A stretch of DNA of 64,000 bases from Eledone cirrhosa. Its lineage: Eukaryota. The notes under the pieces were generated by a model, which saw nothing but the letters and a program-made list of their open reading frames with translations, was not told where the DNA came from and did no database searches. Below, piece after piece: positions 1 through 14,300 of this stretch (position 1 is its first letter; every line of letters starts with the position of its first letter). The stretch is taken from NCBI GenBank assembly GCA_964016885.1, contig OZ024745.1, forward strand, positions 27,838,001 to 27,902,000, given 5' to 3'. Position numbers and translations under genes: made by a program.

Positions 1-752
1 TAATATACATTCATGTAAGAATATATTTAGGTGGACACTTATAAATCATCAGTGGAAGCCCATTAAACTTTGATATAAGAAAAACATTTCTTACCACGGT
101 TAAAAATCGTGTCCGTTAAGTTGCTCCTTCCCGCATCGAATGACCGGCAAATTTGAAATTTCAGCAGTTTTTGACTGAGGAAGTGTTATAGCGTCACTAA
201 GCGGGAAGGGGAGACAACTACGATCCACGAAAGGAGGAAAAAAAATAATATACACGCGGGTTAATTAGTTTATTCGAAAACATTATCAATCCAACGTGTT
301 AAGAACTCAATTGAAATTAAAAAAATAAATATATGCGTGTATAAATTACACACGCATATAGATATTTTCTTAGGCTAAAATCAGAGGTTGTACCTGAATA
401 AGAAACCGCATCTCGTAACCGTAGTAAATACGGAAAGTTATGGTTTAAAGGGCAAATGGGAATGTAAATCTCCGGCCGAATTAAGAGTAAAATATAAAAC
501 ACACGCGGGTTAATTAGTTATTTCAAAACTAATATCAATTCCTCGTGTAAAGAACTCAATTAATTTAAAAAAATAAATGTATGCATGTAATTATATACAT
601 AGGCATATATATATTTTCTTAGGCTAAAAAACAGAGAAGTTACAACCAATAAAACCACAATATCGCACAACAGTAATAAATACGGAAAGTCAAATTTATA
701 AGGTACCTGGAAATAAACACCCCTGGCCAATCAAGAGTAAAATATTAATACA
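1..752 (-). mobile_element. Penelope-like element terminal (pLTR-type) fragment with ~250-bp tandem duplication (251-500 / 501-750)
   Basis: Two diverged tandem units both start acacgcgggttaattagt and end aagagtaaaatat. 33-350 is similar to 38460-38750. The minus strand carries gggcttcca-CTGATGA-tttataag (core at 46-52), with the rest of the hammerhead beyond the window edge. Bounded by (TA)n at ~753. Confidence 0.55.
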
Positions 753-777
753 ATATATATATATATATATATATATA

Positions 778-1465
778 GTGAAAACTGGGACGGGAACAAA
801 AACAGAGAGGCAGTACAAACAAAAGTTTATTAGTTTCACGCTATTGGGAGTGGGGGGGGGGGGCCTTTCGGGCATAAGCCCTTCTTCAGGAGAAAAGTGG
901 GTGGGAAGAGAGTTCCGAGGGTGTGTGGGGGAGAGACATTTAGAAAAATAAGGGAGGAAAAACGGTGGAAGGGGTACAAATAAAAATAAAAATAGACATA
1001 AAGATAAACAAGTGGTGGAAGGGTGTGGGGCGTATAGGGGTGGTGGCGGGTGGTGTAGGGAAAGGGAGGGGGTCCGAGCGGGGAGGGCTGAAGGTGGTGT
1101 TTGTGTATGTGTGTAGGTGTACGTGTGTGTGTATGTGAATGTGAGAGTTGGGGGAGGAACGAGGTTCCATGTTCAGGAAAAGGTGCGTGTGTGGGGTGGG
1201 GTGCAGGTCGGTGTGTGCATGTGTGTGGATGGGGAGGTGCCAGAGGGTGGAGGAAGGGGTGTGAGGATTCCGGAGGCTGAGTGTGTATATGTGGGGGTAC
1301 GCACGTGTGTGTTGGTGTTTATACGTGGTGTGGATGTAGGTGGCGTGGTTCGAAAAAGAATTGTGAGTGTATGTCCGCGGGTAAGTTCCTAAGGTAGTTC
1401 CGTGGAGTGTGCGATGAGATGCTGGATATGTTTCATGTTATAAGTGGGTAGCTGGAACGATGATA
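778..1465 (-). mobile_element. Penelope-like element 3' remnant between (TA)n tracts, with hammerhead-like motif and AATAAA
   Basis: Minus strand reads ctc-CTGAAGA-a-GGGC-ttat-GCCC-GAAA-ggcc (892-862), then aataaa (831-826) and (TA)n. The body is C/A-rich on the minus strand. Confidence 0.5.
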
Positions 1466-1537
1466 TATATATATATTAAAACATATGGTGTATTATTATG
1501 GATGATTCTTCAGTTGATAGAAAGAGAATATCATCAC

Positions 1538-1538
<1 letters not shown>

Positions 1539-1582
<44 letters not shown>

Positions 1583-1762
1583 CAGCAGCAGTAGCATTAG
1601 TAGCAGCAGTAGCAGTAGTAGCAGCAGCCGCTGTAGTAGATGTAGTAGTAGTAGTAGTAGTAGTAGTAACAGTAGTAGCAGTAGTAGCAGTAGCCGCTGT
1701 AGTAGTAGTAGTAGTAACAGTAGTAGCAGTAGTAGCAGTAGCCGCTGTAGTAGTAGTAGTTG
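1539..1762. repeat. Compound (GTA)n/(GCA)n trinucleotide microsatellite
   Basis: Direct reading. Confidence 0.95.
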
Positions 1763-1784
1763 ATTGATATAAGAAGTATTGCAG

Positions 1785-1890
1785 TTTAATCGTTCTAAGC
1801 TCGAATCTTATCGAAGGTCAACTTCGCCTCTCGTTTTCTCAGGAGCAATAGAATTAATACCAGTCAAATAACGGGAGTCAATTAAATCAA
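1785..1890 (+). mobile_element. Degenerate tRNA-derived SINE fragment
   Basis: cgttctaagctcgaatc...aggtcaacttcgcctctc...taccagtcaa resembles the better copies at 35107 and 62383. Confidence 0.6.
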
Positions 1891-2377
1891 TTGCATGGAT
1901 TATGACGAAAATGCCACCCTGCTCCCGCCGCTTGGGGTGTAATTTATGAAAATTTGGCTGCTATCTTTAGCAAGTCGATCTACGTTGGTTCGTTGTTTTT
2001 AATGGTGGTGCTGGTACCTCGTATGTTTGTTGCTGCTAGCACTGCTGTAGTTAATGCATTTATCGTTGTAGTTGTTGTACCAGACTTCCCCAGCTACTTT
2101 TGAGGTTACATCCGTGGTTATAACCATCATCGTCATCATCCTTTCTCTTCTTATAGGTTATTGTTGTTATAGTTGCTGTTATATAACTTCAGATTAGCCC
2201 TAATCAATACATGCGCATTCTCTTCGTATGCTAGGAAACACATTGTTAGTTGTAACCTTAGTTACTTTTAGGGTGTTATTTGAAGAAGGTTTGACTGCTA
2301 TTTCCAGCAGTTTGGGTAAATAGAGGGCGATTAGAGGACTCTATGTTTAGCTGAGTCGGTGGAGTAAAAGCCACTTC

Positions 2378-5300
2378 TATTACAATAGTGTTGCTGCTGT
2401 ACTATATATTACAATAGTATTGCTGCTGTAGTTTATATTGCAATAGTGTTGCTGCTGTACTATATATTACAATAGTGTTGCTGCTGTAGTATATATTACA
2501 ATAGTGTTGCTGCTGTAGATTATATTGCAATAGTGTTGCTGCTGTAGTATATATTACAATAGTGTTGCTGCTGTACTATATATTGCAATAGTGTTGCTGC
2601 TGTAGTATATATTACAATAGTGTTGCTGCTGTAGTATATATTACAATAGTGTTGCTGCTGTAGTATATATTACAATAGTGTTGCTGCTGTACTATATATT
2701 GCAATAGTGTTGCTGCTGTAGTATATATTACAATAGTGTTGCTGCTGTAGATTATATTGCAATAGTGTTGCTGCTGTAGTATATATTACAATAGTGTTGC
2801 TGCTGTACTATATATTACAATGGTGTTGCTGCTGTAGTATATATTACAATAGTGTTGCTGCTGTACTATATATTGCAATAGTGTGGCTGCTGTACTGTAT
2901 ATTACAATAGTGTTGCTGCTGTACTATATATTACAATAGTGTTGCTGCTGTAGTATATATTACAATAGTGTTGCTGCTGTACTATATATTGCAATAGTGT
3001 TGCTGCTGTACTATATATTACAATAGTGTTGCTGCTGTCCTATATATTGCAATAGTGTTGCTGCTGTACTGTATACTACAATAGTGTTGCTGCTGTACTA
3101 TATATTACAATAGTGTTGCTGCTGTACTATATATTACAATAGTGTTGCTACTGTACTATATATTACAATAGTGTTGCTGCTGCACTATATATTGCAATAG
3201 TGTTGCTACAGTAGTAGATATTACAATAGTGTTGCTATGTAGTATATATTACAATAGTGTTGCAGCTGTACTATATATTGCAATAGTGTTGCTGCTGTAG
3301 TATATATTGCAGTAGTGTTTCTGTCTAGTATATATTGCAACAGCGTCGCTGCTGTTGTTTATATTGCAATAGTGTTGCTGCTGTAGTATATATTGCAATA
3401 GTGTTGCTGCTGTAGTATATATTGCAATTGTGTTGATGTGTACTATATATTACAATAGTGTTGCTGCTGTACTATATATTGCAATAGTGTTGCTGCTGTA
3501 CTATATATTGCAATAGTGATGCTGCTGTACTATATATTACAATAGTGTTGCTGCTGTCGTATATATTGCAATTGTGTTGCTGCTGTATGCTATAGTACAA
3601 TAGTGTTGCTGCTGTACTATATATTACAATAGTGTTGCTGCTGAAATATATATTGCAGTAGTGTTGCTGTGTAATATATATTGCAATAGTGTTGCTGATG
3701 TAGTATATATTACAATAGTGTTGCTGCTGTACTATATATTACAATAGTGTTGCTGCTGTACTATATATTGCAATAGTGTTGCTGCTGTACTATATATTAC
3801 AATAGTGTTGCTGCTGTAGTATATATTACAATAGTGTTGCTGCTGTACTATATATTACAATAGTGTTGCTGCTGTACTATATATTACAATAGTATTGCTG
3901 CTGTACTATATATTACAATAGTGTTGCTGCTGTACTATATATTACAATAGTGTTTCTGCTGTACTATATATTGCGATAGTGTTGCTGCTGTACTATATAT
4001 TGCAATACTGTTGCTGCTGTACTATATATTGTAATAGTATTGCTGCTGTACTATATATTACAATAGTATTGCTGCTGTAGTATATATTGCAATAGTTTTG
4101 CTGCTGTACTATATATTGCAATAGGGTTGCTGCTGTGCTATATATTGCAATAGTGTTGCTGCCGTACTATATATTGCAATAGTGTTGCTGCTGTAGCATA
4201 TATTGCAATAGTGTTGCTGCTGTACTATATATTACAATAGTGTTGCTGCTGTACTATATATTGCAGTAGTACTGCTGCTGTACTATATATTGCAATAGTG
4301 TTGCTGCTGTACTATATATTATAATAGTGTTGCTACTGTACTATATATTACAATAGTGTTGCTGCTGTACTATATATTGCAGTAGTACTGCTGCTGTACT
4401 ATATATTGCAATAGTGTTGCTGCTGTACTATATATTACAATAGTATTGCTGCTGTAGTTTATATCGCAATAGTGTAGCTCCTGTATTATATATTGCAATA
4501 GGGTTGCTGCTGTAGTATATATTTCAATAGTGTTGCTGCTGTAGTATATATTGCAATAGTGTTGGTGCTGTACTATATATTACAATAGTGTTGCTGCTGT
4601 AGTATATATTACAATAGTGTTGCTGCTGTACTATATTACAATAGTTTTGCTGCTGTAGTATATATTGCAGTAGTACTGCTGCTGTACTATATATTGAAAT
4701 AGTGTTGCTGCTGTTGTATATATTACAATAGTGTTGCTGTGTAGTATATATTGCAGTAGTATTGCTGCTGTACTATATATTGCAGTAGTATTGCTGCTGT
4801 AGTATATATTGCAATAGTGTTGCTAATGTACTATATATTGCAATAGTGTTGCTGCTGTACTATATATTGCAATAGTGTTGCTGCTGGCTATATATTGCAA
4901 TAGTTTTGCTGCTGTTCTATATATTGCAATAGTGTAGCTGCTGTAATATATATTGCAATCTTGTTGCTGCTGTAATATATATTACAATCATGTTGGTACT
5001 GTACTATATATTGCAATAGTGTTGCTGATGTAGTATATATTGCAATAGTGTTGCTGCTGTGGTATATATTGCAATAGTGTTGCTACTGTACTATATATTA
5101 CAATAATGTTGCTGCTGTAGTATATATTGCAATAGTGTTGCTGCTGTAGTATATATTGCAATAGTGTTGCTGCTGTAGTATATATTACAATAGTGTTGCT
5201 GCTGTAGTATATATTGCAATAGTGTTGCTGCTGTAGTATATATTGCAATAGTGTTGCTGCTGTACTATATATTGCAATAGTGTTGCTGCTGTGTTATATA

Positions 5301-8300
5301 TTACAATAGTGTTGCTGCTGTAGTATATATTGCAATAGTGTTGCTGCTGTACTATATATTACAATAATGTTGCTGCTGTAGTATATATTGCAATAGTGTT
5401 GCTGCTGTAGTATATATTGCAATGGTGTTGCTGCTGTACTGTATATTACAATAGTGTTGCTGCTGTACTATATATTACAATAGTGTTGCTGCTGTACTAT
5501 ATATTGCAATAGTGTTGCTGCTGTACTATATATTACCATAGTGTTGCTGCTGTACTATATATTGCAATAGTGTTGCTGCTGTACTATATATTGCAATAGT
5601 GTTGCTGCTGCAGTATATATTGCAGTAGTGTTGCTGCTGTAGTATATATTGACATAGTGTTGCTGCTGTAGTATATATTGCAATAGTGTTGCTGCTGTAG
5701 TATATATTGCAAGACTGTTGCTGCTGTAGTATATATTGCAATAGTGTTGCTGCTCTTCTATATATTGCAATGGTGTTGCTGCTGTACTATATATTACAAT
5801 AGTGTTGCTGCTGTACTATATATTGGAATAGTGTTGCTGCTGTACTATATATTGCAAGAATGTTGCTGCTGTACTATATATTGCAATAGTGTTGCCGCTG
5901 TAGTTTATATTGCAATAGTGTTGCTGCTGTACTATATATTACAATAGTGTTGCTGCTGTACTATATATTGCAATAGTGTTGCTGCTGTACTATATATTGC
6001 AATAGTGTTGCTGCTGTACTATATATTGCAATAGTGTTGCTGCTGTAATTTATATTGCAATAGTGTTGCTGCTGTAGTATATATTGCAATAGTGTTGCTG
6101 CTGTAGTTTATATTGCAGTAGTATTGCTACTGTAGTATATATTGCAATAGTGTTGCTGCTGTAGTATATATTGCAATAGTGTTGCTGCCGTAATATATAT
6201 TACAATAGTGTTGCTGCTGTAGTATATATTGCAATAGTGTTGCTGCTGTAGTATATATTGCAATAGTGTTGCTGCTGTAGTATATATTGCAATAGTGTTG
6301 CTACTGTAGTATATATTGCAATAGTGTTGCTGCTGTACTATATATTGCAATAGTGTTGCTGCTGTAGTATATATTGCAACAGTGTTGCTGCTGTACTATA
6401 TATTACAGTAGTAATGCTGCTGTACTATATATTGCAGTAGTGTTGCTGCTGTACTATATATTACAATAGTGTTGCTGCTGTAGTATATATTACAATAGTT
6501 TTGCTGCTGTAGTATATATTGCAACAGTGTTGCTGCTGTACTATATATTACAGTAGTAATGCTGCTGTACTATATATTGCAATAGTGTTGCTGCTATAGT
6601 TTATATTGCAATAGAGTTGCTGCTGTACTATATATTGCAATAGTGTTGCTGCTGTAGTTTATATTGCAATAGTGTTGCTGCTGTACTATATATTGCAATA
6701 GTGTTGCTGCTGTACTATATATTGCAATAGTGTTGCTGGTGTAGTATATATTGCAGTAGTGTTGCTGCTGTAGTATATATTGCAATAGTGTTGCTGCTGT
6801 ACTATATATTGCAATAGTGTTGCTGCAGTACTATATATTACAATAGTGTTGCTGCTGTACTATATATTACAATAGTGTTGCTGCTGTACTATATATTACA
6901 ATAGTGTTGCTGCTGTGCTATATATTGCAATAGTGTTGCTGCTGTACTATATATTGCAATAGTGTTGCTGCTATAGTATATATTGCAGTAGTGTTGCTGC
7001 TGTAGTTTATATTGCAATAGTGTTGCTGCTGTACTATATATTGCAATAGTGTTGCTGCTGTACTATATATTACAATAGTGTTGCTGCTATAGTATATATT
7101 GCAGTAGTGTTGCTGCTGTAGTTTATATTGCAATAGTGTTGCTGCTGTACTATATATTGCAATAGTGTTGCTGCTGTACTATATATTACAATAGTGTTGC
7201 TGCTGTACTATATATTGCAATAGTGTTGCTGCTATAGTATATATTGCAGTAGTGTTGCTGCTGTAGTTTATATTGCAATAGTGTTGCTGCTGTACTATAT
7301 ATTGCAATAGTGTTGCTGCTGTACTATATATTGCAGTAGTGTTGCTGCTGTAGTATATATTGCAATAGTGTTGCTGCTGTAGTATATATTACAATAGTGT
7401 TGCTGCTGTACTATATATTACAATAGTGTTGCTGCTGTACTATATATTGCAATAGTGTTGCTGCTGTACTATATATTGCAATAGTGTTGCTGCTGTACTA
7501 TATATTGCAATAGTGTTGCTGCTGTAGTATATATTGCAATAGTGTTGCTGCTGTATTATATATTGCAATAGTGTTGCTGCTGTTGTATATATTGCAGTAG
7601 TGTTGCTGCTGTAGTATATATTGCAATAGTGTTGCTGCTGTACTATATATTGCAATAGTGTTGCTGCTGTACTATATATTACAATAGTGTTGCTGCTGTA
7701 GTATATATTACAATAGTTTTGCTGCTGTAGTATATATTGCAGTAGTGTTGCTGCTGTACTATATATTACAATATTTTTGCTGCTGTACTATATATTGCAA
7801 TAGTGTTGCTGCTGTACTATATATTGCAATAGTGTTGCTGCTGTAATTTATATTGCAATAGTGTTGCTGCTGTAGTATATATTGCAATAGTGTTGCTGCT
7901 GTAGTTTATATTGCAGTAGTATTGCTACTGTAGTATATATTGCAATAGTGTTGCTGCTGTAGTAAATATTGCAATAGTGTTGCTGCCGTAATATATATTA
8001 CAATAGTATTGCTACTGTAGTATATATTGCAATAGTGTTGCTGCTGTAGTATATATTGCAATAGTGTTGCTACTGTAGTATATATTGCAATAGTGTTGCT
8101 GCTGTAGTATATATTGCAATAGTGTTACTGCTGTAGTATATATTGCAACAGTGTTGCTGCTGTACTATATATTACAGTAGTAATGCTGCTGTACTATATA
8201 TTGCAGTAGTGTTGCTGCTGTACTATATATTACAATAGTGTTGCTGCTGTAGTATATATTACAATAGTTTTGCTGCTGTAGTATATATTGCAACAGTGTT

Positions 8301-11300
8301 GCTGCTGTACTATATATTACAGTAGTAATGCTGCTGTACTATATATTGCAATAGTGTTGCTGCTATAGTTTATATTGCAATAGAGTTGCTGCTGTACTAT
8401 ATATTGCAATAGTGTTGCTGCTGTACTATATATTGCAATAGTGTTGCTGCTGTACTATATATTGCAATAGTGTTGCTACTGTACTATATATTACAATAGT
8501 GTTGCTGGTGTAGTATATATTGCAGTAGTGTTGCTGCTGTAGTATATATTGCAATAGTGTTGCTGCTGTACTATATATTGCAATAGTGTTGCTGCTGTAC
8601 TATATATTACAATAGTGTTGCTGCTGTTCTATATATTGCAATAGTGTTGCTGCTATAGTATATATTGCAGTAGTGTTGCTGCTGACTATATATTGCAATA
8701 GTGTTGGTGCTGTACTATATATTGCAATAGTGTTGCTGCTGTAGTATATATTGCAATAGTGTTGCTGCTGTAGTATATATTACAATATTGTTGCTGCTGT
8801 ACTATATATTACAATAGTGTTGCTGCTGTACTATATATTGCAATAGTGTTGCTGCTGTAGTATATATTGCAATAGTGTTGCTGCTGTACTATATATTGCA
8901 ATAGTGTTGCTGCTGTAGTATATATTGCAATAGTGTTGCTGCTGTACTATATATTACAATATTTTTGCTGCTGTACTATATATTGCAATAGTGTTGCTGA
9001 TGTAGTATATATTGCAGTAGTGTTGCTGCTGTAGTATATATTGCAATACTGTTGCTGCTGTTCTATATATTGCAATAGTATTGCTGCTGTAGTATATATT
9101 GCAGTGGTGTTGCTGCTGTTGTATATATTGCAATAGTGTTGCTGCTGTACTACATATTACAATAGTGTTGCTGCTGTAGTATATATTGCAATAGTGTTGC
9201 TGCTGTACTATATATTACAATAGTGTTGCTGCTGTACTATATATTGCAATAGTGTTGCTGCTGTACTATATATTACAATAGTGTTGCTGCTGTACTATAT
9301 ATTGCAATAGTGTTGCTGGTGTAGTATATATTACAATAGTGTTGCTGCTGTAGTATATATTGCAATAGTGTTGCTGCTGTACTATATATTACAATAGTGT
9401 TGCTGCTGTACTATATATTGCAATAGTGTTGCTGCTGTACTATTTATTGCAATAGTGTTGCTGCTGTAATTTATATTGTAATAGTGTTGCTGCTGTAGTA
9501 TATATTGCAGTAGTGTTGCTGCTGTTCTATATTTTACAATAGTGTTGCTGCTGTACTATACATTGCAATTGTGTTGCTGCTGTGCTATATATTGCAATAG
9601 TGTTGCTACTGTAGTATATATTACAATAGTGTTGCTGCTGTACTATATATGACAATAGTATTGCTCCTGTATATATATTGCAGTAGTGTTGCTGCTGTAC
9701 TATATATTACAATAGTGTTGCTGCCGTAATTTATATTGCAATAGTGTTGCTGCTGTACTATATATTGCAATAGTGTTGCTACTGTACTATATATCGCAAT
9801 AGTGTTGCTGCTGTAGTATATATTACAATAGTGTTGCTGCTGTACTGTATATTACAATAGTGTTGCTGCTGTTGTATGAATTGCAGTAGTGTTGCTGCTG
9901 TACTATATATTGCAATAGTGTTGCTGCTGTACTATATATTGCAATAGTGTTGCTGCTGTTGCTTATATTGCAATAGCGTTGCTGCTGTACTATATACTGA
10001 AATAGTGTTGATGCTGTTGCTTATATTGCAATAGTGTTGATGCTGTACTATATATTACAATAGTGTTGCTGCTGTACTATATATTACAATAGTGTTGCTG
10101 CTGTAGTATATATTGCAATTGTGTTGCTGCTGTACTATATATTATAATAGTGTTGCTGCTGTACTATATATTACAATAGTGTTGCTGCTGTACTATATAT
10201 TGCAATAGTCTTGCTGCTGTAGTATATATTACAATAGTGTTGCTGCTGTACTATATATTGCAATAGTGTTGCTGCTGTAATATATATTGCAATAGTGTTG
10301 CTGCTGTTGTATATATTACAATAGTGTTGCTGCTGTTGTATATATAACAATAGTGTTGCTGCTGTTCTATATATTACAATAGTGTTGCTGCTGTTCTATA
10401 TATTACAATAGTGTTGCTGCTGTACTATATATTACAATAGTGTTGCTGCTGTTGTATATATTACAATAGTGTTGCTGCTGTACTATATATTACAATAGTG
10501 TTGCTGCTGTACTACATATTACAATAGTGTTGCTGCTGTAGTATATATTACAATAGTGTTGCTGCTGAGCTATATATTGCAATAGTGTTGCTACTGTAGT
10601 ATATATGGCAATACTGTTGCTGCTGTAGTATATATTACAATAGTGTTGCTGCTGTGCTATATATTGCAATAGTGTTGCTACTGTACTATATATTGCAATA
10701 CTGTTGCTGCTGTAGTATATATTGCAATGGTGTTGCTGCTGTACTATATATTACAGTAGTATTGCTGCTGTACTATATATTGCAATAGTGTTGCTGCTGT
10801 AGTATATATTACAATAGTGTTGCTGCTATACTATATATTGCAATAGTGTTGCTGCTATACTATATATTACAATAGTGTTGCTACTGTACTATATATTACA
10901 ATAGTGTTGCTGCTGTACTATATATTACAATAGTGTTGCTGCTATACAATATATATTGCAATAGTGTTGCTGCTATACAATATATTACAATAGTGTTGCT
11001 GCTACACTATATATTACAATAGTGTTGCTGCTGCACTATATATTACAATAGTGTTGCTGCTGTACTATATATTACAATAGTGTTGCTGCTATACTATATA
11101 TTACAATAGTGTTGCTGCTGTAATATATATTACAATAGTGTTGCTACTGTACTATATATTACAATAGTGTTGCTACTGTACTATATATTACAATAGTGTT
11201 GCTGCTGTACTATATATTACAATAGTGTTGTTACTGTACTATATATTACAATAGTATTGCTGCTGTAGTATATATTACAATAGTGTTGCTACTGTACTAT

Positions 11301-14300
11301 ATATTACAATAGTGTTGCTGCTGTACTATATATTACAATATTGTTGCTGCTATACATTATATATTGCAATAGTGTTGCTGCTGTACTTTACATTACAATA
11401 GTATTGCTGCTGTAGTATATATTGTAATTGTGTTGCTACTGTACTATATATAGCAATAGTGTTGCTGCTGTACTATATATTACAATAGTGTTGCTGCTGT
11501 AGTATATATTACAATAGTGTTGCTGCTGTACTATATATTACCATAGTGTTGCTGCTGTACTATATATTACAATAGTGTTGCTGCTGCACTATATATTACA
11601 ATAGTGTTGCTGCTGTACTATATATTGCAATTGTGTTGCTGCTGTGCTATATATTACAATAGTGTTGCTGCTGTACTATATATTGCAATAGTGTTGCTGC
11701 TATACAATATATATTGCAATAGTGTTGCTGCTGTACTATATATTACAATAGTGTTGCTGCTATACAATATATATTGCAATAGTGTTGCTGCTGTACTATA
11801 TATTACAATAGTGTTGGTGCTGTAGTATATATTATAATAGTGTTGCTACTGTACTATATATTACAATAGTGTTGCTACTGTACTATATATTACAATAGTG
11901 TTGCTGCTGTACTATATATTGCAATAGTGTTGCTGCTGTACTATATATTACAATAGTGTTGCTGCTATACTATATATTACAATAGTGTTGCTACTGTACT
12001 ATATATTACAATAGTGTTGCTACTGTACTATATATTACAATAGTGTTGCTACTGTACTATATATTACAATAGTGTTGCTGCTGTACTATAAATTGCAATA
12101 GTGTTGCTGCTGTACTAAATATTACAATAGTGTTGCTGCTGTGCTATATATTGCAATAGTGTTGCTGCTGTACTATATATTACAATAGTGTTGCTGCTGT
12201 AGTATATATGGCAATACTGTTGCTGCTGTAGTATATATTGCAACAGTGTTGCTGCTGTACTATATATTACAATAGTGTTGCTGCTGTAGTATATATTGCA
12301 GTAGTATTGCTGCTGTACTATATATTGCAATAGTGTTGCTGCTGTAGTATATATTACAATAGTGTTGCTGCTATACTATATATTGCAATAGTGTTGCTGC
12401 TGTACTATATATTGCAATAGTGTTGCTGCTGTACTATATATTGCAGTAGTATTACTGCTGTACTATATATTGCAATAGTGTTGCTGCTGTAGTATATATT
12501 ACAATAGTGTTGCTGCTATACTATATATTGCAATAGTGTTGCTGCTGTACTATATATTACAATAGTGTTGCTGCTGTACTATATATTGCAATAGTGTTGC
12601 TGCTGTAGTATATATTACAATAGTGTTGCTACTGTACTATATATTACAATAGCGTTGCTGCTGTACTATATATTACAATAGTGTTGCTGCTATACAATAT
12701 ATATTGCAATAGTGTTGCTGCTGTACTATATATTACAATAGTGTTGCTGCTACACTATATATTACAATAGTGTTGCTGCTGTGCTATATATTACAATAGT
12801 GTTGCTGCTACACTATATATTACAATAGTGTTGCTACTGCACTATATATTACAATAGTGTTGCTGCTGTACTATATATTACAATAGTGTTGCTGCTATAC
12901 TATATATTACAATAGTGTTGCTGCTGTACTATATATTACAATAGTGTTGCTACTGTACTATATATTACAATAGTGTTGCTACTGTACTATATATTACAAT
13001 AGTGTTGCTGCTGTACTATATATTACAATAGTGTTGTTACTGTACTATATATTACAATAGTATTGCTGCTGTAGTATATATTACAATAGTGTTGCTACTG
13101 TAGTATATATTACAATAGTGTTGCTGCTGTACTATATATTACAATAGTGTTGCTGCTATACAATATATATTGCAATAGTATTGCTGCTGTACTTTACATT
13201 ACAATAGTGTTGCTGCTGCACTATATATTACAATAGTGTTGCTGCTGTGCTATATATTGCAATAGTGTTGCTGCTGCACTATATATTGCAATAGTGTTGC
13301 TGCTGTACTTTACATTACAATAGTGTTGCTGCTGTAGTATATATTGTAATTGTGTTGCTACTGTTCTATATATTACAATAGTGTTGCTGCTGTACTATAT
13401 ATTACAATAGTGTTGCTACTGTACTATATATTGCAATAGTGTTGCTGCTGTACTTTACATTACAATAGTGTTGCTGCTGTAGTATATATTGTAATTGTGT
13501 TGCTACTGTTCTATATATTACAATAGTGTTGCTGCTGTACTATATATTACAATAGTGTTGCTGCTGTACTATATATTACAATAGTGTTGCTGCTGTACTA
13601 TATATTACAATAGTGTTGCTGCTGTACTATATATTACAATAGTGTTGCTGCTGTACTATATATTACAATAGTGTTGCTGCTGTACTATATATTACCATAG
13701 TGTTGCTGCTTTACTATATATTACAATAGTGTTGCTGCTGCACTATATATTACAATAGTGTTGCTGCTGTGCTATATATTGCAATAGTGTTGCTGCTGTA
13801 CTAAATATTACAATAGTGTTGCTGCTGCACTATATATTACAATAGTGTTGCTGCTGTAGTATATATTACAATAGTGTTGCTACTGTACTATATATTACAA
13901 TAGTGTTGCTGCTGTACTATATATTACAATAGTGTTGCTGCTGTACTATATATTACAATAGTGTTGCTGCTGTACTATATATTACAATAGTGTTGCTACT
14001 GTACTATATATTACAATAGTGTTGCTGCTGTACTAAATATTACAATAGTGTTGCTGCTGTAGTATATATTATAATAGTGTTGCTACTGTACTATATATTA
14101 CAATAGTGTTGCTACTGTACTATATATTACAATAGTGTTGCTGCTGTAGTATATATTGCAATAGTGTTGCTGCTGTACTATATATTACAATAGTGTTGCT
14201 GCTGTGCTAAATATTACAATAGTGTTGCAGCTGTGCTATATATTGCAATAGTGTTGCTGCTGTACTATATATTACAATAGTGTTGCTACTGTACTATATA

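Noticed and set aside
850-1350. G-quadruplex-rich regulatory region
   Set aside because: Explained by the low-complexity body of a retroelement remnant and possibly noisy sequence.
1498-1767. Poly-Val/Ala ORF, and similar [12 protein letters not shown], poly-K/R/L/S/D ORFs across the window
   Set aside because: Translations of di-, tri- and tetranucleotide microsatellites.
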